A stretch of DNA of 64,000 bases from Bacteroidota bacterium (GCA_023441805.1 JAEZNO010000025.1:13284-77283), one strand, 5' to 3'; positions 30,277-40,515 are shown, counted from the stretch's first letter. Translations and numbers: made by a program. The notes: generated by a model not told the origin, from the sequence alone.

Positions 30277-31183
30277 GGATATAACCCGATTCTTTAAAGT
30301 CAAGAGGCATCTAAGGAGTCGCCTTCATACTGTTTGGATGATTATTGGCCTAATAGTGGTTATCCTATTGCCTTTCTTTCTTGGAGTGGGTCTATATATC
30401 AAATCAACTTATCTCCTTGAGAAGGAATCGCTACTTAAGCTTCTCTTTTCAGGCGATTGGCGGCCACTTTCGGGCGAGTTTGGGTTTGCACCTTTTATCG
30501 TAAGCTCAGTGTGGGTTACAATAATCTCACTTCTAATTGCAGCTCCCATCTGTCTTCTCACTTCCATTCACCTTACTCAATATGCAAAAACCTGGGTGCT
30601 GAAAATTATGCACCCGGTAATAGATATTCTTGCAGGTATTCCTTCAGTAATATTTGGTGTTTGGGGAATACTGGTCATCGTACCATTTATTTCCAAATAT
30701 TTAGCTCCATTTTTCGGTGAAAAGACTTCCGGTTACAGTATTCTGGCCGGAGGATTCGTTCTGGCTGTGATGATAATTCCGTTCATACTGAATATTCTGA
30801 TAGAAGTCTTTAAAACTCTGCCCGATGAACTAAAAGAGGCATCTCTGTCGTTGGGCGCCACTAAATGGCAAACAATAAAACTTGTTCTACTGCGAAAAGC
30901 CTTTCCAGGTGTGATATCAGCCTTCGGTTTAGGAGTTTCAAGAGCATTTGGTGAGACTATAGCTGTTTTAATGGTAGTAGGCAATGTGCCTTCAAGTCCA
31001 AAAGGGATTTTTCAGCCCGGCTATCCATTACCTGCTCTAATTGCTAATAATTATGGTGAAATGCTTTCCATCCCAATGTACGATTCTGCCCTTATGTTGG
31101 CAGCACTCGTTCTTTTTGTTGTAGTATTGTTATTTAATCTTGGCTCAAGAGTTGCTATTGCCAGACTTGAGGAAAAAGGGTAA
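30251..31183 (+). CDS. pstC: Phosphate ABC transporter permease PstC (start uncertain: GTG 30251 or ATG 30338)
   Basis: LAGIPSVIFG, EASLSLGATKWQT, RAFGETIAV. Confidence 0.88.
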   Translation: MNYKNFQSKDITRFFKVKRHLRSRLHTVWMIIGLIVVILLPFFLGVGLYIKSTYLLEKESLLKLLFSGDWRPLSGEFGFAPFIVSSVWVTIISLLIAAPICLLTSIHLTQYAKTWVLKIMHPVIDILAGIPSVIFGVWGILVIVPFISKYLAPFFGEKTSGYSILAGGFVLAVMIIPFILNILIEVFKTLPDELKEASLSLGATKWQTIKLVLLRKAFPGVISAFGLGVSRAFGETIAVLMVVGNVPSSPKGIFQPGYPLPALIANNYGEMLSIPMYDSALMLAALVLFVVVLLFNLGSRVAIARLEEKG

Positions 31184-31339
31184 TCAAATTATGATTGATT
31201 GAATTAGGAGAGCCTCAATAACAGATGAATAAACGCATGGAATTCACAATAATGATCAATGAATAAAAGGTAGGACGCTTGACGTTGAAAGGTGACACTG
31301 AATGCTGAACGTTAAAGGGTCGTAGGTAAGAAAAAGAGA

Positions 31340-32197
31340 ATGAGAAAATTCAGACATATAGAAGAGAGTTTCTTTAGGGTATTGATGTTTTTATCAACCA
31401 ATATTATAGTCATTGCTCTTACAGTTATCATCTTCAGCATTCTTTATAAAGGACTGCCTTCACTCTCATGGGAGATGGTTACTCAATTACCCAAAGGTGG
31501 TTTCTATTTCGGAAAGGAGGGAGGGATTCTTAATGCAATTGTTGGCTCATTGTATCTGGCAATAGCAGCTACATTCCTTGCTTTATTGCTTGGTTTGCCT
31601 GTTGCTCTGATGATGAATATTCATCTCATAAAATACAAGAAACTGGTTGATGGTATCAGGTTTTTCCTTGATCTACTATGGGGCGTTCCCTCTATTGTAT
31701 ATGGAGCCTTTGGATTTACAGTAATGATCTATTTCGGATTAAAAACTTCACTTCTTGCAGGTATTTTTACTGTTACGCTGTTCATCATCCCTATAATGGT
31801 TAGAGCGATGGATGAAGTATTGAAAACCATCCCTCGCGGATTGCTTGAGACTTCCATGTCCCTGGGTTCTACACCATCCGAAATTTCATACAGAATTTAT
31901 ATTCGCCAGGTGACTTCAGGGCTAATTACAGCTGTATTGCTTGCTTTTGGAAGGGCTATAGGGGATGCTGCTTCGGTCTTATTTACAACAGGTTATACCG
32001 ACCTGATGCCAACATCGCTTAACCAGCCGGCAGCTACTCTGCCATTAGCAATCTTTTTCCAATTAAGTTCACCTATTCCTGAAGTACAAAACAGAGCTTA
32101 TGCCTCTGCAGTTGTGCTTACTATCATAATCCTGACAATAAGTATATCAGCAAGATTTTTCTCAAAACGGTATCATAAAAATCGTATTAAACAATAA
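31340..32197 (+). CDS. pstA: Phosphate ABC transporter permease PstA
   Basis: GGILNAIVGS, GVPSIVYG, RAIGDAA. Confidence 0.88.
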   Translation: MRKFRHIEESFFRVLMFLSTNIIVIALTVIIFSILYKGLPSLSWEMVTQLPKGGFYFGKEGGILNAIVGSLYLAIAATFLALLLGLPVALMMNIHLIKYKKLVDGIRFFLDLLWGVPSIVYGAFGFTVMIYFGLKTSLLAGIFTVTLFIIPIMVRAMDEVLKTIPRGLLETSMSLGSTPSEISYRIYIRQVTSGLITAVLLAFGRAIGDAASVLFTTGYTDLMPTSLNQPAATLPLAIFFQLSSPIPEVQNRAYASAVVLTIIILTISISARFFSKRYHKNRIKQ

Positions 32198-32958
32198 TGG
32201 AAGAGAACCCAAAAATAAACATATGCGACCTTAATCTTTCTATCGGGAAACAAAGGATCCTTAAGAATATTAATCTTGCGATTCCTGAAAAGAAAATTAC
32301 CGTTATACTTGGACCTTCAGGCTGTGGCAAAACTACATTACTCAAATCTCTCAACCGCCTGACTGATTTATATCCTGAAATGCATGTAACGGGAAATATC
32401 TTTATAGATAAGGAAGATATTCTGCATACAAGTGAGGATATTACAATATTGCGTCAGAGGATGGGCTTGTTATCTCAGCGCCCATATCCACTTCCGATGA
32501 ATATTTATAATAATGTTGCCTTCGGATTAAGAATCAGTGGACGAAAAAAGAAACGCTTTCTTGATAAAAGGGTAGAGCATTATCTCAAACAAGCCAATTT
32601 GTGGGATGAAGTAAAGGATCGTCTCAAAGATCCGGCCTCGGCACTTTCAATCGGTCAGCAGCAGCGCCTATGCCTTGCACGGGGATTAGCCGTTGACCCG
32701 GATATCATTCTTGCTGATGAACCTACATCTGCACTCGACCCAATCTCAAGCGAAGCTATTGAGAAGAAATTCGTTGAGCTTAAACAACAATACACAATTG
32801 TAATGGTTACCCATGTTCTTCGTCAGGCAAGACGTATAGCCGATTACGTTGTCTTCATGTACCTGGGCGAAATAATAGAACAAGGACCAGCTAATGAAAT
32901 CTTCGAAAACCCACAACAGGAAATGACAAAGCAGTATCTTAAAGGATCATTCAACTAG
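32197..32958 (+). CDS. pstB: Phosphate ABC transporter ATPase PstB
   Basis: GPSGCGKT, LNRL, LSIGQQQRLCLAR, DEPTSALDPIS. Confidence 0.92.
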   Translation: MEENPKINICDLNLSIGKQRILKNINLAIPEKKITVILGPSGCGKTTLLKSLNRLTDLYPEMHVTGNIFIDKEDILHTSEDITILRQRMGLLSQRPYPLPMNIYNNVAFGLRISGRKKKRFLDKRVEHYLKQANLWDEVKDRLKDPASALSIGQQQRLCLARGLAVDPDIILADEPTSALDPISSEAIEKKFVELKQQYTIVMVTHVLRQARRIADYVVFMYLGEIIEQGPANEIFENPQQEMTKQYLKGSFN

Positions 32959-33076
32959 AAAATCCAAAAATTCACTTCCTCATCTTGCGTAAAATCAGAA
33001 ATCTACACCATGTTTTGTGAATGTTGGTTTCTGAGTAGTATTTCTTTTGGAAGATAAAGCACGGAGGTCTGAAATA

Positions 33077-35257
33077 TTACCTTGTAAACAATAGCTCTCT
33101 GTACTTTGGAAGTGGCCACAGTTCATCATCTATCAACAATTCAAGTTTGTCAACATGGTACTTTATTTGCTCAAACCATGGGAATACCTTGTCACGGTAG
33201 TCAATGGCTTTTTCTTCTAATGAGTCGTATTTATTGACAATTTTACGAGTCTCCACCATCTTCTGAACCATGTTCTTTATGCTTATGATATGCTCTGAAA
33301 TATCACGTATACTGTCGGTCTGAGTCTTTGACAGCGAGAGGAAAGTCTTATTGTCAAGCACATCCTTCAAGCCTTTAACATTTTCAATCAGGAGATTTTG
33401 ATATCGAATGGCGATAGGAATAATGTGATTCACTGCCAGATCACCAATTACTCGTGACTCAATCTGAATCTTTCTGACATAATTATCCAACTGTATCTCA
33501 TAACGAGCCATGATCTCACGACGTGTGAGCACATTATTATCCTCAAACAGTCCGACAGCTTCTTCAGTTAGCAATTTCTTTAATGCTCTAGGAGTGTCTG
33601 CAATATTCGAGAGACCACGACGGGCTGCCTCTTCTATCCATTCCTGACTGTAACTGTTTCCCTCAAAAATTATATCCCGAGATTCATTAATATACCTGTG
33701 AAGTATTCTGTAAATGGCATCCTCGCGACTAATCTTTTGTGCAACCAGTCGTTCAGTTTCTAACCTGAAAAGCTTCAACTGGTTAGCTACAATAGTGTTG
33801 AGAGCAATCATTGGTACAGCACAATTGGCTGATGAACCCACAGCCCTGAATTCAAACTTATTGCCGGTGAAGGCAAAAGGTGATGTTCGGTTCCTGTCAG
33901 TATTATCGGGCAATATTTCAGGAATTCTGGGAATATTGTACGGTTTTGATGTTTTCCTGTTTCCATGCTCTTTTGTAGCAGAAGCAAATTGATCGAGAGC
34001 CTCAGATAACCGCGAGCCTATAAATGCAGAGATGATTGCAGGTGGAGCTTCATGTCCACCTAACCTTAAATCGTTACCTGCATATGCAATATATGCGCGA
34101 AGCACATCGGCATGAGTATGGATTGCTTTCAAAATGCATACAAGGAATACAAGAAATTGCAGATTCTCTTCAGGAGTCTTGCCCGGTGATAACAGATTCT
34201 CACCATTTTGCGTTTGCATAGACCAGTTATTGTGCTTACCCGATCCATTTATGTTAGCGTACGGCTTTTCGTGTAAGAGCACTGTAAATCCATGCCGTTT
34301 AGCTACTTTTTCGAGCAGGTGCATAAGCAGCATATTGTGGTCAATAGCCACGTTTACTTCTTCAAAAGCAGGGGCACATTCAAACTGACCCGGCGCCACC
34401 TCATTGTGCCTTGTCCTGACAGGTATTCCCAATCGAAGAGCTTCAAATTCAAACTCTCTCATAAAATCGATCACCCTGTCGGGAATGGCCCCGAAATAAT
34501 GATCAGCAAGTTGCTGATCTTTTGCACTCGCATGTCCAAAGAGAGTACGACCTGTAAGTGATAGATCAGGGCGGGCATTGTATAGTGCCGAGTCTACCAG
34601 AAAGTACTCCTGTTCCCATCCAAGCGTAGCCTGTACTCTTTTGACATTGGAGTCAAACCATTGGCATATTTGTGTTGCCTCATCTTCAAGTACAGTCAAT
34701 GCTTTTATAAGTGGAAGCTTGAAATCAAGCGACTCACCTGTATAAGAGATAAAAATAGTAGGGATACATAGTGTTCCGTCAAGAATAAATGCCGGTGAAG
34801 TTGGGTCCCAAGCAGTATAACCACGAGCTTCAAAAGTATTTCTGATTCCACCCGATGGGAAGCTTGATGCATCAGGTTCCTGTTGTACCAATTCGTTGCC
34901 TGTAAAATTCTCAATAGCCTTACCGTCATCAAGCAGAGTTATGAAAGCATCATGTTTTTCAGCAGTAGCACCGGTTAGAGGGTGAAACCAATGGCTAAAA
35001 TGAGTGGCACCTTTGGTTATTGCCCACGATTTCATGCCTGAAGCGATCTGGTCAGCTATCCTGCGTTCAATTTTCACACCCTGCTCAACTGCAGCCTGGA
35101 CTGCTTTATAGGCTTCTCGTGACAGGTAGTCACTCATAGCAGCCTTGTTGAATGTAAGTTCACCAAAATAAACCGACGGGCGGTCGGGAATAGAAGGCAA
35201 ATGGCGACTTGGGCGTGTCATTGAAATCTCAAGTGCCCTGAAACGGATATTCGGCAT
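33077..35257 (-). CDS. glnA: Glutamine synthetase type III
   Basis: 726 aa; HWFHPLTG, EPDASSFP, HNEVAP, NGSGKHNNW, DRNRTSPFAFTGNKFEFR, WPLPKYRELLF. Confidence 0.95.
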   Translation of the reverse strand: MPNIRFRALEISMTRPSRHLPSIPDRPSVYFGELTFNKAAMSDYLSREAYKAVQAAVEQGVKIERRIADQIASGMKSWAITKGATHFSHWFHPLTGATAEKHDAFITLLDDGKAIENFTGNELVQQEPDASSFPSGGIRNTFEARGYTAWDPTSPAFILDGTLCIPTIFISYTGESLDFKLPLIKALTVLEDEATQICQWFDSNVKRVQATLGWEQEYFLVDSALYNARPDLSLTGRTLFGHASAKDQQLADHYFGAIPDRVIDFMREFEFEALRLGIPVRTRHNEVAPGQFECAPAFEEVNVAIDHNMLLMHLLEKVAKRHGFTVLLHEKPYANINGSGKHNNWSMQTQNGENLLSPGKTPEENLQFLVFLVCILKAIHTHADVLRAYIAYAGNDLRLGGHEAPPAIISAFIGSRLSEALDQFASATKEHGNRKTSKPYNIPRIPEILPDNTDRNRTSPFAFTGNKFEFRAVGSSANCAVPMIALNTIVANQLKLFRLETERLVAQKISREDAIYRILHRYINESRDIIFEGNSYSQEWIEEAARRGLSNIADTPRALKKLLTEEAVGLFEDNNVLTRREIMARYEIQLDNYVRKIQIESRVIGDLAVNHIIPIAIRYQNLLIENVKGLKDVLDNKTFLSLSKTQTDSIRDISEHIISIKNMVQKMVETRKIVNKYDSLEEKAIDYRDKVFPWFEQIKYHVDKLELLIDDELWPLPKYRELLFTR

Positions 35258-35463
35258 GCTTGTATGGTTTTATGGTTGTTAAACACTTCAAAACAACAAT
35301 CCTCATATAATTGTTTTGCCTCGATATATTTTCTTTGGGCAAGATTTTCAGTTTAAAAATCACTTTTCAGTGATGATATCAGTCAATGAATTAATAATCC
35401 TGCAGTATCATGGTATTATTTCATGATATTGAAATGACTTAACAGATAAAGGTACAATGAAAG

Positions 35464-36060
35464 TTAGTTTGTCAGCACATCAGGGAAGAGCAGTGTGGTT
35501 AGATATGCGAATCCTGACTCCAATAAGTAATTGACACTGAGTGCCGAAAGGAAAATAATAAAAATTAAAGCAGGTACTCGATGGCCCGGAGTTTTTAATA
35601 AAGCAGGAAGTCCACCTGACAGAAGCCATATAGAATAGAGGGCTGGTATAAATGCCAAAACGAGGTGGCGATTGAGATTCACCAAAATATAGCAGATAAA
35701 TAGGGGGGTAAGACTGTATATGACGAGTTTGCCCGCTTTTACAAAATCTTTATCAGAATTAAACTTCTTTGCCATACCATTTACCATGAATGTAAGTAAC
35801 AGTACAGTGATCACCTGCATAAGTAAATAGGCGAGTGCCTGGGTAATGGGGAGTGAAAATCGGTACGCATCAATATCCAGTACATTTCGAACAAAAAAGA
35901 AACTCCCCAATGCTCTCGCAGCAGCACCAAATAGAATTAGCACCATAGCATATTGAAAGAAATCTTCTTTAAGCGAACGTTTTTCAGCTGCTATTATCTT
36001 CCATTCATAGCCCGGATAGAAAATCAGGCTCTTAATGCGTCCCGGTATAAAGTTTGCCAT
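35464..36060 (-). CDS. Yip1-domain membrane protein
   Basis: N-terminal RIK...P..EW pattern, KF...DF..A..LV.YS.TP, five hydrophobic segments. Confidence 0.65.
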   Translation of the reverse strand: MANFIPGRIKSLIFYPGYEWKIIAAEKRSLKEDFFQYAMVLILFGAAARALGSFFFVRNVLDIDAYRFSLPITQALAYLLMQVITVLLLTFMVNGMAKKFNSDKDFVKAGKLVIYSLTPLFICYILVNLNRHLVLAFIPALYSIWLLSGGLPALLKTPGHRVPALIFIIFLSALSVNYLLESGFAYLTTLLFPDVLTN

Positions 36061-36066
36061 GAAATG

Positions 36067-37212
36067 TTAGTCTGTAATTAAAGTTTTAAGTGCTCCATCA
36101 TGGTCGAATCCCACATGAGAAATATTGGAAGGGGGTAGGCATGTGAGTATACCCAACTGACTTATACGGAATTTTTCAGAAGCAAGAGTACGTTGTCCAA
36201 GATTAACAGTAATTGAAGCAGATTCCGGAATGCGATACCAAATGCCACCTGGCTTCTTACGATTGGCTGTACTATTTGACTCAAGAGACCGTGCATTTCC
36301 AAGTGTATTGATTCTTTTAATGGAAATACTTACCGGATCACCCACCGGATTATCTCTTGTAGTGATGCCTGAAGTGGTGGAGAATCGGAAGATTGTGTTT
36401 GTAGCATTATCAATGGCACCATCTGGTGTGTAATAGTAAGTATAAACGCTTTCGGTAGTGATCACCGATCCTTTAAAGTGAGCAAGATAATTTTCTTCAA
36501 GTGCGTTAAGTTGACGAAGCATAAATTCAATGCTCTCAGATGAATAATTCACCTCTTGGTATCCGGTGATTAGTTTGTACTTGCTGTCCTCAATTTTATA
36601 GATTTCACCGGCGATTTCCCTGGCCTGTTGTTCAAGTGATTTTTCTGAGATATTGCGACGGGGTATTTTCTGTTCGAAAACACTTGTATCTATACTCACC
36701 TTTCGGATAATAGTATCTACTTTTTCGATTAAAGCCGGCCGAAGCAGATCAATAAAAGGTTGTGTATTGTGTGAATTTCGAGCGGTAGCTTTCTTATCTA
36801 TATAGTGGGTAGTGAAATCGGAGATAAAACCATCACCTGAGAGATTAAGCATAATTTGACGGTTATCGGTGTTCTTAGGTGATAATTCAGCAAAATAGAC
36901 CTGTGAGGTATCCGGCTCAGTAAGTGTGCTAACAACAACACGACTGATATCATAACTTACGGCATCTTTTAATATAGGGTCGGTTATGCTAAGCAACTTT
37001 GTTGCGAAGTCACTGTACCTGCCTTTAAACTTCTCAGTCTTAGTGACATAGACATCAATTTTAACCACATGCTTCGGGAGGGAATAAAGGAAACCTTCAG
37101 CATTTTTTTTATTGGGAATTTGAGCTGCGGGATAGCTAATTATCTGGCTTTGCAGTGAATTAATACCTGCAAATAGTGCTAAGCAGAGGAAAAAGGAAGA
37201 TATTTTTGCCAT
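36067..37212 (-). CDS. Secreted Bacteroidota protein, DUF4831-like
   Basis: Signal peptide; YSLPK, FRFS...G, WYRIP, ISQLG patterns. Confidence 0.6.
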   Translation of the reverse strand: MAKISSFFLCLALFAGINSLQSQIISYPAAQIPNKKNAEGFLYSLPKHVVKIDVYVTKTEKFKGRYSDFATKLLSITDPILKDAVSYDISRVVVSTLTEPDTSQVYFAELSPKNTDNRQIMLNLSGDGFISDFTTHYIDKKATARNSHNTQPFIDLLRPALIEKVDTIIRKVSIDTSVFEQKIPRRNISEKSLEQQAREIAGEIYKIEDSKYKLITGYQEVNYSSESIEFMLRQLNALEENYLAHFKGSVITTESVYTYYYTPDGAIDNATNTIFRFSTTSGITTRDNPVGDPVSISIKRINTLGNARSLESNSTANRKKPGGIWYRIPESASITVNLGQRTLASEKFRISQLGILTCLPPSNISHVGFDHDGALKTLITD

Positions 37213-37370
37213 ATTTAGATATTAGGGCATCAAAGTTAAGAAAAAGCAGGTAAAGAAGTGAGAGGAATCATATTGAGTACATGATGAAATTAATCTGTCT
37301 CATTTCTTCAGAGGAGGTTGGATTGAAGAAGTTTTAATTGGATTTTTATGTGCTGTTATGTTATTAATTA

Positions 37371-37420
37371 CACATTAAGTCCACATGAAGTCCACATTAA
37401 CTGCACATAAGTCCACATTT
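37371..37420. repeat. Degenerate 11-bp tandem repeat (CACATTAAGTC)x4.5
   Basis: CACATTAAGTC CACATGAAGTC CACATTAACTG CACATAAGTC CACATTT. Confidence 0.8.
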
Positions 37421-37482
37421 TAGTATAGATAATGATTAGATAATGTTCAATTCATGTACAACATGCTATTTGCAATTAAGAC

Positions 37483-37516
37483 AAAAAAAAGAGGCCGTCT
37501 TTGAGACAGCCTCTTT
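37483..37516 (-). terminator. Intrinsic terminator of tRNA-Lys
   Basis: Minus strand AAAGAGGCTGTCTC-AA-AGACGGCCTC followed by eight T. Confidence 0.85.
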
Positions 37517-37517
37517 G

Positions 37518-37590
37518 TGATCCCGCTGGGATTCGAACCCAGGACCCCATCCTTAAAAGGGATGTGCTCTACCTGCTGAGCTACGGAATC
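37518..37590 (-). tRNA. tRNA-Lys(UUU)
   Basis: Minus strand GATTCCGTAGCTCAGCAGGTAGAGCA-CATCC-CTTTTAA-GGATG-GGGTCCTGGGTTCGAATCCCAGCGGGATCA; TACTTTTG promoter box just upstream. Confidence 0.97.
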
Positions 37591-37706
37591 ATTGATTGGG
37601 AGTGCAAAAGTACATAATTTTAGATTACAACCAAATAAATCAGTAACATTTTTTGGAAGTAGTAAGTAAACATCATGTTTTCAGTATGTTAATATAATAT
37701 ATTCTT

Positions 37707-38042
37707 TTAAGCGATAAGTGTCAATCGTCCGTGTATAGCAAGCCACACGCATGGAGGATCGGTACTTGTGTAGGTTACACGATGCTTTTCATGTGCCTTG
37801 ATGAGTATATAATCCCCTTTTCTTAAGGTAATTTCCTCACTGTGTTCGAATAATATGCGAGCCTCACCATTTAGCAGCGCTACCCATTCGTCGACTTCCT
37901 GATCATACCATTGGTCTTCAGGCGTAATTTGACCGGTTGAAACAATGCGTTCAATGCGGATATCACCTTGAGCTAGAATCTCACTAAATTCATCAGTGCT
38001 ATCGGAAACGGGAATTTCAAAGAGGTTACGGAGTTTTGTCAT
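37707..38042 (-). CDS. Cupin domain protein
   Basis: IERIVSTG, WYDQEVDEWV, LRKGDY, HEKHRV. Confidence 0.85.
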   Translation of the reverse strand: MTKLRNLFEIPVSDSTDEFSEILAQGDIRIERIVSTGQITPEDQWYDQEVDEWVALLNGEARILFEHSEEITLRKGDYILIKAHEKHRVTYTSTDPPCVWLAIHGRLTLIA

Positions 38043-38650
38043 ATTAAGATGCCTTTACCTTCTCGAATGATGAAGGGTTCATCAGTAGTACAATCAACTA
38101 CGGTAGAAGGTTCATTATCACCATAACCTCCATCGATAACAATATCGACCAGTTTATTGTATTTCTCGTAAATTAGCTCAGGATCAGTGGTATACTCAAT
38201 AATGTAGTCGTCGTCGTGAATAGAAGTTGACATAATAGGATTCCCCAGCTCCTTTACAATTTCAATTGGGATATTGTTATCAGGAATACGAATACCTACT
38301 GTTTTCTTTTTGCTTTGAATAAGTTTAGGAACGTTACTGCCGGCATTAAGAATAAATGTGAAAGGTCCGGGCAGATTACTTTTCATCAACCGAAAGATAT
38401 TGTTTGGGATAGGTCTTGAATAATCGGCCAATTGACTAAGGTCATTACAGATGAATGAGAAGTTTGCCTTGTCAGTCTTAATACCTTTAATTTGTGCAAT
38501 TCGTTCTATGGCTTTTGATTTAAAAATATCACAGCCAAGACCATAAACAGTATCAGTAGGGTAAATGACGATACCTCCATCGCGCAGACATTCCACTACC
38601 ATTCTTACATGTTTAGGATTAGGGTTCTCAGGATAGATCTTTAAAAGCAT
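38039..38650 (-). CDS. Sua5/YrdC/YciO family protein (YciO-like)
   Basis: YPTDTVYGLGC, PGPFT, VGIRIP, STS, IREGKG; lacks the KxR and SxN motifs of canonical TsaC. Confidence 0.88.
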   Translation of the reverse strand: MLLKIYPENPNPKHVRMVVECLRDGGIVIYPTDTVYGLGCDIFKSKAIERIAQIKGIKTDKANFSFICNDLSQLADYSRPIPNNIFRLMKSNLPGPFTFILNAGSNVPKLIQSKKKTVGIRIPDNNIPIEIVKELGNPIMSTSIHDDDYIIEYTTDPELIYEKYNKLVDIVIDGGYGDNEPSTVVDCTTDEPFIIREGKGILI

Positions 38651-38674
38651 GGCAACTGAGATTAAAGAAAAAAA

Positions 38675-38771
38675 GGGTAAGCTACTTATATCGCACCGCT
38701 ACAACCATCTACCCTTGCTTCATTCCTGACCTGGGGGAGTTCAATGGGAGCTGGTCGTATAAGACTTACCC
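38675..38771 (-). ncRNA. ffs: Signal recognition particle RNA (4.5S)
   Basis: Minus strand long hairpin GGGTAAG...CTTACCC containing the domain IV core CAGGTCAGGAATGAAGCAAG; TAATTTTG promoter box upstream, U-run downstream. Confidence 0.92.
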
Positions 38772-38875
38772 GAATGCAAAATTACAAAAAAGAGGTATAC
38801 GTATGCAATGCGAGATATAAATTTTTCAATTTTGCATATATTTCAATAAATTTGCAGAAACAAACACACAACACC

Positions 38876-39436
38876 ATGGAAAATACAGATGAAATGAATG
38901 TCGCCCAACAGAAAAAGACTTCCGTTTTTCAGAATGGACTTAAGTATGGCTTATACACAGGAGTAGCATCAGTGCTATTTTCCCTATTGCTTTTTTCACT
39001 TGATGTGAGTCGTGAAAGTTATCTTCAATGGGTAAGTTGGGTTATACTTATTATAGGAATTGTTTTGGCTACCATAAACTATCGTGACAAGATTAACGGC
39101 GGCCACATTACATTTGGTAATGCATTTATGACCGGCCTTTATGTTGTTATTGTCAATTCAATTCTTGTTATGATTTATTCATACATGTATTTCACATGGA
39201 TTGATCCCGGATTCACACAAGCAATGTTAGAAAATGTTGAACAAAAATTACTCGACAGAGGAATGTCTGACGAGATGATTGAACAGCAATTGGCAATGAC
39301 TGAGAAATTTATGAAGCCGGGCTTTATGATTTTTTGGGGATTGTTTATGTCAGTAATTTTTGGAGCAATCATTTCGCTAATCACTTCAGCTATTTTAAAG
39401 AAAGAAGACGATAGTTTCAAAGCCACATTTGGCTGA
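38876..39436 (+). CDS. DUF4199-type four-helix membrane protein
   Basis: GLKYG, YRDKINGGHITFGNAF, IDP, ILKK. The longer ORF start at 38744 overlaps the SRP RNA gene and is rejected. Confidence 0.8.
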   Translation: MENTDEMNVAQQKKTSVFQNGLKYGLYTGVASVLFSLLLFSLDVSRESYLQWVSWVILIIGIVLATINYRDKINGGHITFGNAFMTGLYVVIVNSILVMIYSYMYFTWIDPGFTQAMLENVEQKLLDRGMSDEMIEQQLAMTEKFMKPGFMIFWGLFMSVIFGAIISLITSAILKKEDDSFKATFG

Positions 39437-39550
39437 TTTTATAATGAATGATAAATAGTGAATTTCCCATCCATCTTGTGAGTACTCTATTCTTGTAGAA
39501 AGGGTTTGAGGTGAGGGGCTTATTGAATCGGGAGGCTTAATATCAGAAAC

Positions 39551-40492
39551 ATGAACAAACAAATATCCGTAGTAATCCCTCTGTTTAACGAAGAAGAATC
39601 GTTGCCCGAACTCTGCGGGTGGATCAAGAAAGTGATGGATGAACATCAATTCACTTATGAAGTGATCCTTGTTGACGATGGCAGCAGTGACAATTCGTGG
39701 AATGTAGTGAAGAAGATTAATGAAGAGTATCCGGAGTTTACGGGAATAAAATTCAGAAGGAATTATGGTAAGTCTGCTGCACTAAATAAAGGTTTCGAAA
39801 AAGTGCAGGGAGATGTTGTCATTACTATGGATGCCGATTTGCAGGACAGCCCTGATGAGATTCCTGAACTTTACCGAATGATTAAGGATGAAGGTTGGGA
39901 TCTGGTATCCGGTTGGAAAAAAAAGCGTTACGACTCTAAATTGACTAAGAACATACCATCAAAAATTTATAATTCAGTTACCAGAAGGATGTCGGGGGTT
40001 AAGCTTCACGATATGAATTGCGGATTGAAAGCATACAGACGTGAAGTGGTCAAGGCTATTGAAGTATATGGTGAGATGCATCGCTACATACCAGTAATAG
40101 CTAAGTGGGCAGGTTTCAGAAAAATAGGGGAGAAAGTAGTTGTTCATCGTAAAAGGCAGTATGGAGTCACAAAATTTGGGTGGGAGCGCTTTGTAAATGG
40201 TTTTCTTGATTTGATCTCCATCATGTTTGTCTCACGCTTTGGTCGTAAACCTATGCATTTGTTCGGAACCTTAGGCACAGTGATTTTCCTAATTGGATTT
40301 ATTATTGCAGGATACCTTGCATGGGCTAAATTGTTCATGGCAGGTTACCGGATGACCGAACGTCCATTATTCTATCTTGGTTTACTTGCTATGATTATAG
40401 GAACCCAGCTCTTCCTCACCGGCTTTATTGGAGAGCTTATTACAAGGAATTCGAGCGACAGGAATAACTATCTTATTGAAGAGGAACTGTAA
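39551..40492 (+). CDS. GT2 polyprenol-phosphate glycosyltransferase (ArnC/GtrB-like)
   Basis: VDDGSSD, RNYGKSAAL, MDADLQD, two C-terminal transmembrane helices. Confidence 0.9.
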   Translation: MNKQISVVIPLFNEEESLPELCGWIKKVMDEHQFTYEVILVDDGSSDNSWNVVKKINEEYPEFTGIKFRRNYGKSAALNKGFEKVQGDVVITMDADLQDSPDEIPELYRMIKDEGWDLVSGWKKKRYDSKLTKNIPSKIYNSVTRRMSGVKLHDMNCGLKAYRREVVKAIEVYGEMHRYIPVIAKWAGFRKIGEKVVVHRKRQYGVTKFGWERFVNGFLDLISIMFVSRFGRKPMHLFGTLGTVIFLIGFIIAGYLAWAKLFMAGYRMTERPLFYLGLLAMIIGTQLFLTGFIGELITRNSSDRNNYLIEEEL

Positions 40493-40515
40493 TAAAGATA
40501 ACAGCACAACAAAGA

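Noticed and set aside
38744..38875. N-terminal extension of the DUF4199 gene
   Set aside because: It overlaps the SRP RNA gene and both divergent promoter boxes.
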